From: Candidatus Hydrogenedens sp.
Lineage (GTDB): Bacteria; Hydrogenedentota; Hydrogenedentia; Hydrogenedentales; Hydrogenedentaceae
NCBI GenBank assembly: GCA_035378955.1
Contig: DAOSUS010000004.1
Span: 20,158 to 84,157, forward strand
Direction: 5' to 3'
DNA length: 64,000 bases
Positions 48,498 through 57,649 of this stretch are shown one piece after another. How positions within the stretch are numbered: position 1 is the stretch's first letter; each line of letters starts with the position of its first letter. The notes beneath the pieces were generated by a model, which worked only from the letters and a program-made list of their open reading frames with translations, was not told the DNA's origin and made no database searches. Position numbers and translations under genes: made by a program.

Positions 48498-49073
48498 TTA
48501 TGAGGAGGGAGTAGAAGGAGGTTGCACTTTTTGTAGGGCTTGAAGCACCTGTGCTGCTAATTGAGCATCTAAGGCTTCTACAATTTTTCCTCTTTCCTTA
48601 GGTTTGACATAAGAAAGAATTTCTGCAATTTCATCTGGGTTCATTGTTTTCAACCGTTCCGCGGCTTTATCTGGTTTCATACCGCTAAGTGTAACGGCAA
48701 TGGCTTGCATTTGCACGGCCTTTTCTTTTTTATCCTCTCCTAATTTTGAACTAAGTTCTTTTTGAATGGACTCTATTTTCGACTGCATCTGTTGTAATTC
48801 TTGAGATTTTGCTTTTATTTCTTCCTCTTTTTTCTGTATTTCCTCTTCTTTCTGTTTTAATGAGGCTTCTTTTTTCTGTATTTGCTCAATTAATGTGGCA
48901 ATGGTATCTTCTTGAACATTGGATTGAGGTATTGTTACTTTTTGAGTGGCAGGTGAAGGGGACACTAACTTCTGAAGTGATTCTTTGGACAAATTGCCGG
49001 TAACAGCTAATATTCCTACCAGTGTCCCTACAAAAGATATTACTGCTAATATAATAATCAAGAGAAATCGCAT
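48498..49073 (-). CDS. MotE/YlxF-like flagellar protein (TM + coiled coil + MgtE_N-like domain)
   Basis: GMKPDKAAERL..EIAEIL..RGKIVEALD; sits between fliJ and fliK. Confidence 0.75.
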   Translation of the reverse strand: MRFLLIIILAVISFVGTLVGILAVTGNLSKESLQKLVSPSPATQKVTIPQSNVQEDTIATLIEQIQKKEASLKQKEEEIQKKEEEIKAKSQELQQMQSKIESIQKELSSKLGEDKKEKAVQMQAIAVTLSGMKPDKAAERLKTMNPDEIAEILSYVKPKERGKIVEALDAQLAAQVLQALQKVQPPSTPSS

Positions 49074-49110
49074 ATTTTTATTTCCTATATTTCGACACCA
49101 TGCTTTTATA

Positions 49111-49569
49111 TCATAGGGCTTCTTTAATCTTCATTAAAAATCGTGTTCCACTTAAATCATCTGTATTCTTTTGAATTTCCTTTTGAACCCAGTTACGAAA
49201 AACTTTTTCTCTATTCTCTCTCAATTTTTGGAGCATTTTTTCTTCTATCATAATTTGCTCCAATTCTTTTCTTTGCGTATTGGCTATATCTTCTAATTCG
49301 CTTTTCTTCTTCTCTAACAACTCTTTTTGCTTACCTAAAAATACAATATATTCAAAGGAATCTGAAATTTCTTTTACTTTCTGTGATTTTTTTTGCATGG
49401 TTTGAATTTGCGACATGTTGTCTTTTTGTAATTGTTCTGTGTTTTCTATTTCCTTTTCAATATTCTGTATTTTCATCAATGTTTCCGCTAATTTTTGGGC
49501 ACATAATTGTTCTTGTGTTTTACGAATTCTTATTAAGGGGTCATAACGCTGAAAGTCTCTTCGGTTCAT
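49111..49569 (-). CDS. fliJ: Flagellar export chaperone FliJ
   Basis: 152-aa coiled coil directly after fliI; EEKMLQKLRE. Confidence 0.78.
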   Translation of the reverse strand: MNRRDFQRYDPLIRIRKTQEQLCAQKLAETLMKIQNIEKEIENTEQLQKDNMSQIQTMQKKSQKVKEISDSFEYIVFLGKQKELLEKKKSELEDIANTQRKELEQIMIEEKMLQKLRENREKVFRNWVQKEIQKNTDDLSGTRFLMKIKEAL

Positions 49570-49574
49570 AACAA

Positions 49575-50885
49575 CTAACTGAGTGCCTCCTTCATTAGTG
49601 GTAGTATTTGGTCCCAGTGAACCTTTTCATACAAATCCTGGGTTAAAAATTTTCTTATTTTCGGCATGAGCCGTAGTGCTTCATCAATCTCTTTATTTGA
49701 CCCGGTAACATAAGCCCCGATATTTACCAAATCTTCTGCATCACGATAAGTAGCCAGAATATTTCGTATCTTATTCGAAAGGAGCCGATGTTCGGGTGAT
49801 GTAACTTCTATCATGGAACGACTAATACTTTCTAAAACATCTACCGCGGGATAATGTCCACGCGAAGCCAGATTCCGTGATAGAGAAATATGTCCATCGG
49901 TAATACTTCGAACAGCATCTCCTATAGGGTCATTCAAATCATCTGCTTCCACAAGGACTGTATAAAAACCTGTTATAGTTCCTTTTTCGGATGTTCCTAC
50001 CCGTTCTAAAATACGGGGCAAAAGACTGAACACGGAAGGGGTATATCCTTTCGTAGTTGGAGGTTCTCCGATAGATAAGCCTACCTCTCGTTGTGCCATG
50101 GCAAACCTTGTTATAGAATCCATCATCAACAATACATCGGCACCCTGGTCGCGAAAATATTCGGCAATGGTTGTCGCCACAAAACCTGCACTAATTCGCC
50201 TTAATGCAGATTCATGAGATGTCGCAACGACAACCACCGACCTTTTTATTCCTTCTTCACCTAAATCTAAATCAATAAATTCGCGAACTTCTTTCCCTCG
50301 TTCTCCCACAAGGGCGATAACATTTATATCTGCACTGGTATTTCGTGCAATCATACCAATCAATTTGCTTTTCCCAACTCCACTCCCTGAAAGAATCGCT
50401 ACACGCTGTCCTTTACCACAGGTAGCACACCCATCGATAGATTTTATACCTGTTGCTAATGGTTCTGTGATACGAGGACGGAATACGGCAGATGGAGGAT
50501 TTGTATATAGAGACCTTTTTTCATTGACTTTAGGGAAAGGTTTCCCATCTATAGGATTACCGAGAGCATCAATAACCCTTCCCAGAAAGGCATCTCCAAC
50601 AGGAACTTTTCTCGATTGAAAAGTTGGAATTAAAATATAGTCAGGTCCTAAACCTTGAACTTCGTCCAGAGGCATTACAAGGTAATGGTCATTCCGAAAA
50701 CCTACCACTTCCACAGGTATTAAATTTTTCCTATCCCTTGATGATATATAACATAGGTCCCCAATTCTCATTTCCGGACCACTAACTTCAATCGTTAGCC
50801 CCGTAATATTCTTCACCTTGCCACAAATATGAAACGGCTCTGTTTTTTGAACAATATCTATATAGGGCTTAAATGTCAACACCAT
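49575..50885 (-). CDS. fliI: Flagellar export ATPase FliI
   Basis: GSGVGKS, ALVGERGKEV, LLMMDSITRFA, GEPPTTKGY; probable ATG at 50885 after GAGGG. Confidence 0.96.
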   Translation of the reverse strand: MVLTFKPYIDIVQKTEPFHICGKVKNITGLTIEVSGPEMRIGDLCYISSRDRKNLIPVEVVGFRNDHYLVMPLDEVQGLGPDYILIPTFQSRKVPVGDAFLGRVIDALGNPIDGKPFPKVNEKRSLYTNPPSAVFRPRITEPLATGIKSIDGCATCGKGQRVAILSGSGVGKSKLIGMIARNTSADINVIALVGERGKEVREFIDLDLGEEGIKRSVVVVATSHESALRRISAGFVATTIAEYFRDQGADVLLMMDSITRFAMAQREVGLSIGEPPTTKGYTPSVFSLLPRILERVGTSEKGTITGFYTVLVEADDLNDPIGDAVRSITDGHISLSRNLASRGHYPAVDVLESISRSMIEVTSPEHRLLSNKIRNILATYRDAEDLVNIGAYVTGSNKEIDEALRLMPKIRKFLTQDLYEKVHWDQILPLMKEALS

Positions 50886-51567
50886 TTTCCCTCGCAAGGC
50901 TAACAATTTTTTCAACAATTAATTCTAATCGTGAAGATATTTGATTATCTAGGAACTGTGTTTTTGTTTCTGCTATACATCCTCCCCTTTCTATCCTTTC
51001 ATCGGGAACCCAAATAACCTTTTGCATTATATTTTCATCCCCTATTCGGGACTTAATTTCATCCTCAATAATTGAATAATCATCTGGATGAATGTGTAAA
51101 GAAATCTCCTGACTATCAATAAATTGCTCTAATGTTTCTTTTACAATTGTTTTAACAATATCCGAATTTGTTTGAACTTGAGCAGAGATTACTTTTTCAG
51201 AAATTTGAAAAACCAATTTGAGGATTTGAGGGGTTATTTGTTCCAAAAAATTAGTTCTTGCTTGAGTAATTTTTTCTATACTTTCTTGAAGAATTTTATT
51301 CGTTTCCTCAAGGAACTGTTGGAATTCCTGTTCTGCTAATAATTTTCCCTCATTATATCCTTCTTCATAGGCTTTTTGTTTAATTTTCTCTGCTTCCTGT
51401 TGAGCTTGCTCTAAAATCATAGTACGCAATTCTTCCGGAGAATATATACTTAAAGGGTCATCGGATATCTCTCTTTCTTTAGGGAACTCTTTCAAATCAT
51501 CCCGAGATAAAAACTTTACCTCGGCATTTTCCGCAATAACTTTTTGTGTTTTTTTAAATTGAGACAT
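50869..51567 (-). CDS. fliH: Flagellar assembly protein FliH
   Basis: AYEEGYNEG AxxxG repeats, HPDD, DERIERGGC. Confidence 0.9.
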   Translation of the reverse strand: MSQFKKTQKVIAENAEVKFLSRDDLKEFPKEREISDDPLSIYSPEELRTMILEQAQQEAEKIKQKAYEEGYNEGKLLAEQEFQQFLEETNKILQESIEKITQARTNFLEQITPQILKLVFQISEKVISAQVQTNSDIVKTIVKETLEQFIDSQEISLHIHPDDYSIIEDEIKSRIGDENIMQKVIWVPDERIERGGCIAETKTQFLDNQISSRLELIVEKIVSLARENGVDI

Positions 51568-51587
51568 AGGTATATTTATCCTGATTG

Positions 51588-52625
51588 CTAAACAAGAATT
51601 TCTTCTCCTCCACCTTCTCCTCTTCCCGTAATAATAAGGTCACCTGATTCTTCTAATCGACGTATAACCGCCACAATTCTTTGCTGTGCCTCTTCCACAT
51701 TTTTCAGTCGAACAGGACCCATAAACTCAATTTCTTCTTTTAACATCTCACGAGCACGCTCGGACATATTTTTGAATATTTTTTCTTTTACTTCATCAGT
51801 GGACGACTTCAATGCTAACGCTAAATCTTTAGAATCAATTTCCCGTAATGCCTTTTGAATACCTGCATCATCCACATAAACTAAATCATCAAAAGTGAAC
51901 ATCAACTTATTAATTTCATTTGCTAAATCTGCGTCTCTTTCTTGTAATTTTTCCATAATATTCTTTTCCGCAGAGCGTTCAACAAGATTAAGTATTTCTG
52001 CTACCTCTTTCACACCTCCAGCAAAAGTAAATCCTTGGGTAAATACAGCTGCCATCTTTCGTTCCAGCACATGTTCTACTTCATGAATAATTTCGGGAGC
52101 AGTTCGGTCCATAGTTGCAATTCGATAAATCACATCGGTTTGGGTTTCAGGAGGCAATGAAGAAAGAGCCAGGGCAGAAACTTTGGGTTCAAGATGGGCT
52201 AATATCAAAGCGATGGTTTGAGGATGCTCTTCTTGAATAAAACTACTAATCTGGGCAGGGTCCGCTTTCTTCAAAAATTGGAAGGGGACTTCTTGCAAAG
52301 AGCTTTACAAACGACCTAATATCTCTACGGCTTTTTGTGCACCAAAAGATTTCTCTAATAATTCCTTTGCTAATTCTATACCTCCCTCAGCCACAAATCG
52401 TTTTGCTTCTGCCATCTGAAAAAACTCGTCAAATACTTTTGCTTTTATTTCTGGGTCAATCGTTCCCATAGAGGCAATATCCAGTGTCAGGCGGTCAATC
52501 TCTGCTTCTCTTAAATGTGCAAGAATATTACTGGCATGTTCGGGTCCCAAACATGCCAGCAGTATTGCCGCTTTTTTACGACCTGTTAATTTTTCGGGTT
52601 CTTTTGTATCTTTTTTCGGTGCCGT
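51588..52625 (-). pseudogene. fliG: Motor switch protein FliG with an ACG start and an in-frame TAA at codon 107
   Basis: One 346-codon frame: (ACG)APKKDTKEPEKLTGRKKAAILL...ILGRL*SSLQEVPF..EEHPQTIALIL..MFTFDDL..MGPVRL..VEEAQ. Confidence 0.88.
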
Positions 52626-52626
52626 A

Positions 52627-54183
52627 TTACTCTTCTCCTTCTGTTAGCCATGAACGGATTAAAGCGGCTGCAGTTTCGGGTTCTTCAATAGAGACCCGAG
52701 CCACTTCCCGAGCCACTTCTTGTCTTCTTAAATCTTCTTTTGACACACCCGGTAATTCAATCGGTTCCATTTCTTCTTCTACTTCTTTTTTCTCTACCAC
52801 GGTACTTCTCAAAAATGACCTTAATAACAGAAAGACGGCAAAAATAACTAATAATTGAATAATGATTGTAATAGGCGTTATCCATGTTCTCCATTGGAAT
52901 GGTATTTCTTCGGTTTTAGGAATTCCTGTCTCTAATTCGGAAATACCAAAGGGCTGGTCATAAACCAATACTTCTGTAGGAACTTCTCCTTCTCCCACTG
53001 CAGACATTACAAAATCTTTAAACATCTTTTTCCGCTCTTCAGAAAGACCTATATAGTTTCTCTTTTTATTACCCTGCTCATCCTGTGTTTCTTGATAATC
53101 TCCCTCGACAATAACAGTTACAAGGAATTTTTCAACATCTCCTCCTTCCTTTTTCTTTTTCCTTGTTAAACGAGATGGTTCATAGTTGGAAATTTCCTCT
53201 GTTGTCGTTTCCTTAGAAGAGGTAGCCCCAGGAACTGTGGCTTCAGGAACATTGGCAACTACGCCAGGAGCACCTTCAGGAGGTTTTTCCGTTGTTTCAC
53301 TGGTAGTTTCTGTTGTAGATGTGCTTATTTCTGTTCCTTCACTTACTTTTTCTTCGACTTCTTCAGAACTATCAAAATTTATCTTTGCACTGACAGAAAC
53401 GGTTCCCCGAACTCCTAATTCCCGTAATTTATTCATTACTTTCATCTCTCGCTGTTTCTCCCATTCGGTCAATAACTCCAATTTGGAACTTGCAAGAGAA
53501 GCAAAACCTGCCTGTGGAGGTAAATATAACACATCTCCTTTGGTGCTAACTACTGTAATATTTCCAGGGTGAAGATTGGCTCCACCGGCATGGTCTACAA
53601 TACTAACTATAGCCTTCACTTCCTGTTTTGTAAGAGGTCTATTAATATCAAGCGTAACCGCTGCTTCTGAGGGTTTTTGTTCGGAAACAAATAATTCTTC
53701 CTTCGCTTCTCGAATAAGAACATAACTATTGTTCACAAAATCAAAAGCATTTAATTGTTTTTGTATTTCTCCTTGAAGAGCCCTCATAAATTTTACATTC
53801 TGCAACCACTGATTGGTCATCAGTTCCGTTGTGGAAAATAATTCCCATCCCGGAGGAACAGGTCTACCCACAGGCAAATCACTTTCTGCCAGCAATAACT
53901 GTGCTTTACTTCGTTGATTTATTGGGACCAAAACACTTGTATTGTTATCCCCTAACTGATATTGAATTCCCTGACGGGATAATATATCTGTTATTTTGGA
54001 TACTTCTTGCGGAGAAAGTCCTGCAGACAAAATTGTATATTGAGGTTGGGTTCCAATAAATATAATTAATAACAAACCTAAAAAAACTATAAAAAAAGAA
54101 ACCCCAATAATAACTTTAGCACTAAGCGTTAACTTAGCCCAGAATTCTCTTATTCCATTTATGAATTGTAAAATTGTTTCCAT
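52627..54183 (-). CDS. fliF: Flagellar MS-ring protein FliF
   Basis: Two TM segments, RALQGEI, SEAAVTL, C-terminal PETAAALIRSWL. Confidence 0.93.
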   Translation of the reverse strand: METILQFINGIREFWAKLTLSAKVIIGVSFFIVFLGLLLIIFIGTQPQYTILSAGLSPQEVSKITDILSRQGIQYQLGDNNTSVLVPINQRSKAQLLLAESDLPVGRPVPPGWELFSTTELMTNQWLQNVKFMRALQGEIQKQLNAFDFVNNSYVLIREAKEELFVSEQKPSEAAVTLDINRPLTKQEVKAIVSIVDHAGGANLHPGNITVVSTKGDVLYLPPQAGFASLASSKLELLTEWEKQREMKVMNKLRELGVRGTVSVSAKINFDSSEEVEEKVSEGTEISTSTTETTSETTEKPPEGAPGVVANVPEATVPGATSSKETTTEEISNYEPSRLTRKKKKEGGDVEKFLVTVIVEGDYQETQDEQGNKKRNYIGLSEERKKMFKDFVMSAVGEGEVPTEVLVYDQPFGISELETGIPKTEEIPFQWRTWITPITIIIQLLVIFAVFLLLRSFLRSTVVEKKEVEEEMEPIELPGVSKEDLRRQEVAREVARVSIEEPETAAALIRSWLTEGEE

Positions 54184-54283
54184 AAATACACTATATATTT
54201 TCTTTTATTTTTCATCATCATATTGTATATATTTTAATTAAACACAACAGACAAAACCAAACTAATAGACTATTTCTATTTAT

Positions 54284-54312
54284 ATAATACAATATATAGT
54301 GTATTATGTCAA
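54284..54312 (-). promoter_or_regulatory. Internal sigma70 promoter upstream of fliF, overlapped by an inverted repeat
   Basis: TTGACA-N17-TATTAT; ATAATACA-N8-TGTATTAT at 54284-54307. Confidence 0.65.
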
Positions 54313-54414
54313 GATTTTTCGACAAAATTTTAGGAAAAATTATTCAATTTTTACCTCCGCCATTTCCTGGATTTGATGGTTCAAATCACAGGGTATTTGA
54401 CTTTATGTCAAATA

Positions 54415-54732
54415 CTAAATTTGCATTCGCATTATCTCTTCATACGCCGTTATTACTTTATTTCGAACTGCCATCAGGGTTTGAAAGGCAGTATCTGCCC
54501 GTTGAACCGCCACCATTACTTCACTCACATCTTTTATCTCACCCGAAACTAATTTTTTTATTGTTGTATCTGCTTCATCTTGTAATTTCTGAACCTCAGA
54601 CACAGCATCAACCAATATATCCTTAAAGGAGGTTTTGCTTTCAACCGGTGTAGTCTTAACAGGACTTACCGAGGGTATATCTACTTTAGGTTTTATTGGC
54701 CCTATATTGTGAATTGAATCAATGTTATCCAC
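54415..54732 (-). CDS. fliE: Hook-basal body protein FliE
   Basis: GTG start after GAGGTG; VMVAVQRA..F..LMAVRNKVITAYEEIMRMQI. Confidence 0.95.
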   Translation of the reverse strand: MDNIDSIHNIGPIKPKVDIPSVSPVKTTPVESKTSFKDILVDAVSEVQKLQDEADTTIKKLVSGEIKDVSEVMVAVQRADTAFQTLMAVRNKVITAYEEIMRMQI

Positions 54733-54816
54733 GGGGTATCACCTCTTTATTATTTCCTTAAACTTTTTCTTATATGTATCATATCATTATTTTATCATAA
54801 AAAAATCTTTTAATAC

Positions 54817-55242
54817 TCATCTTTGCAAAATTTCCAATGCTCTTTGTCGTATTTGCCGATTTGCTACGAAAACCGCAATATTGGCTTCATAGGCTCGTTG
54901 AGCAGAAACAAGGTCTGCCATTTCATTTGCAAGTTGCACATTAGGATATTTTACAATGCCTTGCTCATTGGCATCCGGATGTTCAGGTTCATATACTTCT
55001 TTGAATGGTGACATATCATAAATTACGGATTTAACTTTTACCCCTGCTTGTTTTGATGACACATTCTTGCCCAATTCATATCCTTTTAAAAGAACCATTT
55101 GACGGCGGAAGGGACCTCCTCCTTTTTCTGTTCGGGTGGTCTCCGCATTAGCAATATTATTTGCGATAATATTCATTCTCAGCCGTTGAGCCCGTATCCC
55201 ACTAAGGGCTATATCCCATGCTGAAATTCCTTCTACTTGCAT
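54817..55242 (-). CDS. flgC: Basal body rod protein FlgC
   Basis: SGIRAQRLRMNIIANNIANAETT, YEPEHPDAN..YPNV..EMADL..RAYEAN. Confidence 0.97.
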   Translation of the reverse strand: MQVEGISAWDIALSGIRAQRLRMNIIANNIANAETTRTEKGGGPFRRQMVLLKGYELGKNVSSKQAGVKVKSVIYDMSPFKEVYEPEHPDANEQGIVKYPNVQLANEMADLVSAQRAYEANIAVFVANRQIRQRALEILQR

Positions 55243-55246
55243 AATG

Positions 55247-55648
55247 CTATCTCTTCAAATCATTAATAATGGTTGTTAATTGACTGAATTTCTTGGCTAA
55301 TAATGCCGCATAAACGGTGGCTTTTCCTGTATTTTCTGTCAGTTTTGCAATCTGTTCATCAATATCCACCGAATTAAAATCGTTTTTTAATACATTCCTT
55401 CTTTTTTCTACGACTACTCCTTCTTTCTCTATCTGGATATGGCGAGGGTGGTTCGTGCGGAGAACGATACCCCCTCGCCCTTGCAATACGGCGTTGAGAG
55501 ATTTCTGAAAATCCAATTCCCTTTGTGTGTATCCAGGCGTATCCGCATTGGCTATATTATTAGCAATATACCGATGATTAATTTCTGCTACTTTCATTGC
55601 AGAAATTAACATCGTTTCAGCACTTATTTTTCCTATTCCATTGACCAT
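55247..55648 (-). CDS. flgB: Basal body rod protein FlgB
   Basis: IANNIANADTPGY, RHI, NSVDID. Confidence 0.93.
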   Translation of the reverse strand: MVNGIGKISAETMLISAMKVAEINHRYIANNIANADTPGYTQRELDFQKSLNAVLQGRGGIVLRTNHPRHIQIEKEGVVVEKRRNVLKNDFNSVDIDEQIAKLTENTGKATVYAALLAKKFSQLTTIINDLKR

Positions 55649-55684
55649 TTATCGTAACCATTTTTAGATTTTGGTTCTTTATTT

Positions 55685-55700
55685 AGCAAATGATATGCCA
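55685..55700 (-). promoter_or_regulatory. Sigma54 (-24/-12) promoter of flgB
   Basis: TGGCATATCATTTGCT is an exact GG-N10-GC match, ending 36 nt before the flgB start. Confidence 0.8.
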
Positions 55701-55845
55701 CATGAATAAACTTTTGTATCTATCAAGAAAACAAGCACTTAACCCATTTTGCTTTTTTTGTATGCTTGAAAACAAAGATATTTTTTCCCCTTTCAAAGGA
55801 AATTTTTTCTTTTTAAGAGCCCAATAAAATATAAAGAGATATTTT

Positions 55846-56454
55846 TTATAAAGGTTTATAAATTAGGGAACAAGTTGGAGGACCCCCAGGGAGGGAATAT
55901 TTTTTATTAAGAAGTGTGAACCCATTTTTTTCATAAAAGATAATATTTTTTTCCTTATGCGTAATCACATAAGCAGGAACTTTGTCCCGATTAGCACAGG
56001 AAATTAAATGTTGAACTAAAGCACTTCCAATTCCTTTTCCCTGTGCGGAAGGGTGTACTCCCAGAATATCCAAAATCCATGTAGGCTCTTTTACCTCACT
56101 TCGGGTTCTACTTTGATTATCCCAATAAGCACGCAAAGGTCGCCAAAAATTTCGGAATATTAATTTAGGCACAGCCCGAAAAAATCCTGCTTTTATAATA
56201 TAGTGGAAAGGGATATGTGGATAGAGAGACGGGGGGATACAACCCGCAACACCTTGAACATCTTCATCAACAAAAACGGAATTAAATGTCATTAAAAGTC
56301 GAAGCCAACGCTCGTATGTCCATGTTATAAATTCCTTACGGAATTTTTCCTCAGGGAACATATAACAAACCAACCCATCATCATAAAAAGCATGGACTAA
56401 AGATTCTACTGCTTTCTCTATATCCGCTTCACGAATTTCTCGGATATGCACCAC
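55846..56454 (-). CDS. GNAT family N-acetyltransferase
   Basis: WILDILGVHPSAQGKGIGSALV, NIIFYEKNGF. Confidence 0.9.
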   Translation of the reverse strand: MVHIREIREADIEKAVESLVHAFYDDGLVCYMFPEEKFRKEFITWTYERWLRLLMTFNSVFVDEDVQGVAGCIPPSLYPHIPFHYIIKAGFFRAVPKLIFRNFWRPLRAYWDNQSRTRSEVKEPTWILDILGVHPSAQGKGIGSALVQHLISCANRDKVPAYVITHKEKNIIFYEKNGFTLLNKKYSLPGGPPTCSLIYKPL

Positions 56455-56501
56455 AGAAACTTTTTTATCCTTACATTATTTATCTATAAAAGTTTAATTT
56501 T

Positions 56502-57434
56502 TTATCGGTCTGTATGTCGGCGGTCAATAAAATAGATACTCTTCCCGTTGACAGGTTGGGCTTTTTGTCGGACCTGTGCCAGCACCTCAAACATTTTCTT
56601 TGCATTTCGGAAAGGACGGAACTGATTATGCACAACACCTAAAGACAGTGCCATCAATGGGCATTTTATCTCCGTTCCGTTCCTATCTACGGCAAGAATA
56701 TATCCATGCTCATATTCTTGGGAAGTGTATAATTCCTTTTTTTTCTGGTCAAATGATGTAATTAAGGCTTCACAAAATTTTTCGACATCTGAAGCATTTA
56801 ATAAAATGACAAAGTGTTCGCCTCCCATGTGAGCCATAAAACATTCATAAATACCCAAACTCTTTTTTACTTCTACCATAAGGTCTGCAAGAAAAGTTAA
56901 GGCTCGTTTCTGTCCTTCCGGACCCCGTGAAACACAATACGGTTTAAAACCTGTCATGTTTACATATACAACCGCTATTTGTTCGCCCCTTGCCAATTTA
57001 TGGTTAATTTCTCTTTTGATTGCATCCGTACCGGGAAAATTAGTTATCTGATTTCGACTATTTACAGAGGCTATTAACACTCCTAAAGATGAAATCTTGT
57101 CCATTAACCGTTCTAATTTAAAGGGTTTAACCAGATAATCATCTGCCCCTTGTTCCAAACCATGCAGAACCTCAGGTTCTTCTCCTAATGCTGTTAAGAT
57201 AAGTATAGCTGTTTTATAAATTTCAGGGTCTCTTCTGATTTTACGACATATCTGATAACCAGTAACCCCGGGAAGCATAATATCCAGAAGCACAACATCC
57301 GGTTTATAACTTTTTGCCTTTTCAAAAGCACCTTCCCCGGTGTTTATAACATCAACCTGATGTCCCTCGCTTTGTAATTTAACCTTTATAAGTTCTGCTA
57401 AATCTAAGTCATCATCAACAATTAGAATCCTCAT
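56502..57434 (-). CDS. Response regulator with a degenerate GGDEF-like output domain
   Basis: REC domain (VDDD, DIMLP, T, KPF); the output domain has MGGEHF at the GGDEF position. Confidence 0.85.
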   Translation of the reverse strand: MRILIVDDDLDLAELIKVKLQSEGHQVDVINTGEGAFEKAKSYKPDVVLLDIMLPGVTGYQICRKIRRDPEIYKTAILILTALGEEPEVLHGLEQGADDYLVKPFKLERLMDKISSLGVLIASVNSRNQITNFPGTDAIKREINHKLARGEQIAVVYVNMTGFKPYCVSRGPEGQKRALTFLADLMVEVKKSLGIYECFMAHMGGEHFVILLNASDVEKFCEALITSFDQKKKELYTSQEYEHGYILAVDRNGTEIKCPLMALSLGVVHNQFRPFRNAKKMFEVLAQVRQKAQPVNGKSIYFIDRRHTDR

Positions 57435-57528
57435 TTATTCCCTTTCTTTAATAAACTTAAAAAAATTAATTAAAACTTAAACATATACGATTTTACAAAA
57501 TTATACACAATAAAATCATTTTCATTTA

Positions 57529-57550
57529 TTTCATTTGTTTTCAAATGAAA
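57529..57550. repeat. Perfect 9-bp inverted repeat in a divergent intergenic region
   Basis: TTTCATTTG-TTTT-CAAATGAAA. Confidence 0.6.
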
Positions 57551-57649
57551 CTTTCTAACGGTGAAATTCAATTTATATTTTGTGATACACCATTTTTCTA
57601 TGATAACATTAAATAGAAGCATAAACATCAAATAGAGGATGGATAAAAT

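Noticed and set aside
50370-50400. FliI pre-Walker A reads ILSGSGVGKS rather than IF(A/S)GSGVGKS, possibly another T-to-C change
   Set aside because: The substitution is conservative and cannot be separated from normal divergence without an alignment.
137-54819. Genome-wide reassignment of TGA (genetic code 4 or 25) to explain the internal stops
   Set aside because: TGA acts as a normal terminator at well-defined gene ends (ECF sigma 137-139, motB 43159-43161, fliJ 49111-49113, flgC 54817-54819). Trp is encoded by TGG, the expected residue is Arg, and the fliG stop is TAA.
55732-55768. CAAGCA..TGCTTG and AAGCA-N12-TGCTT as enhancer sites for the flgB sigma54 promoter
   Set aside because: Short half-sites, closer to -24 than typical enhancers, in AT-rich DNA; not distinguishable from chance.
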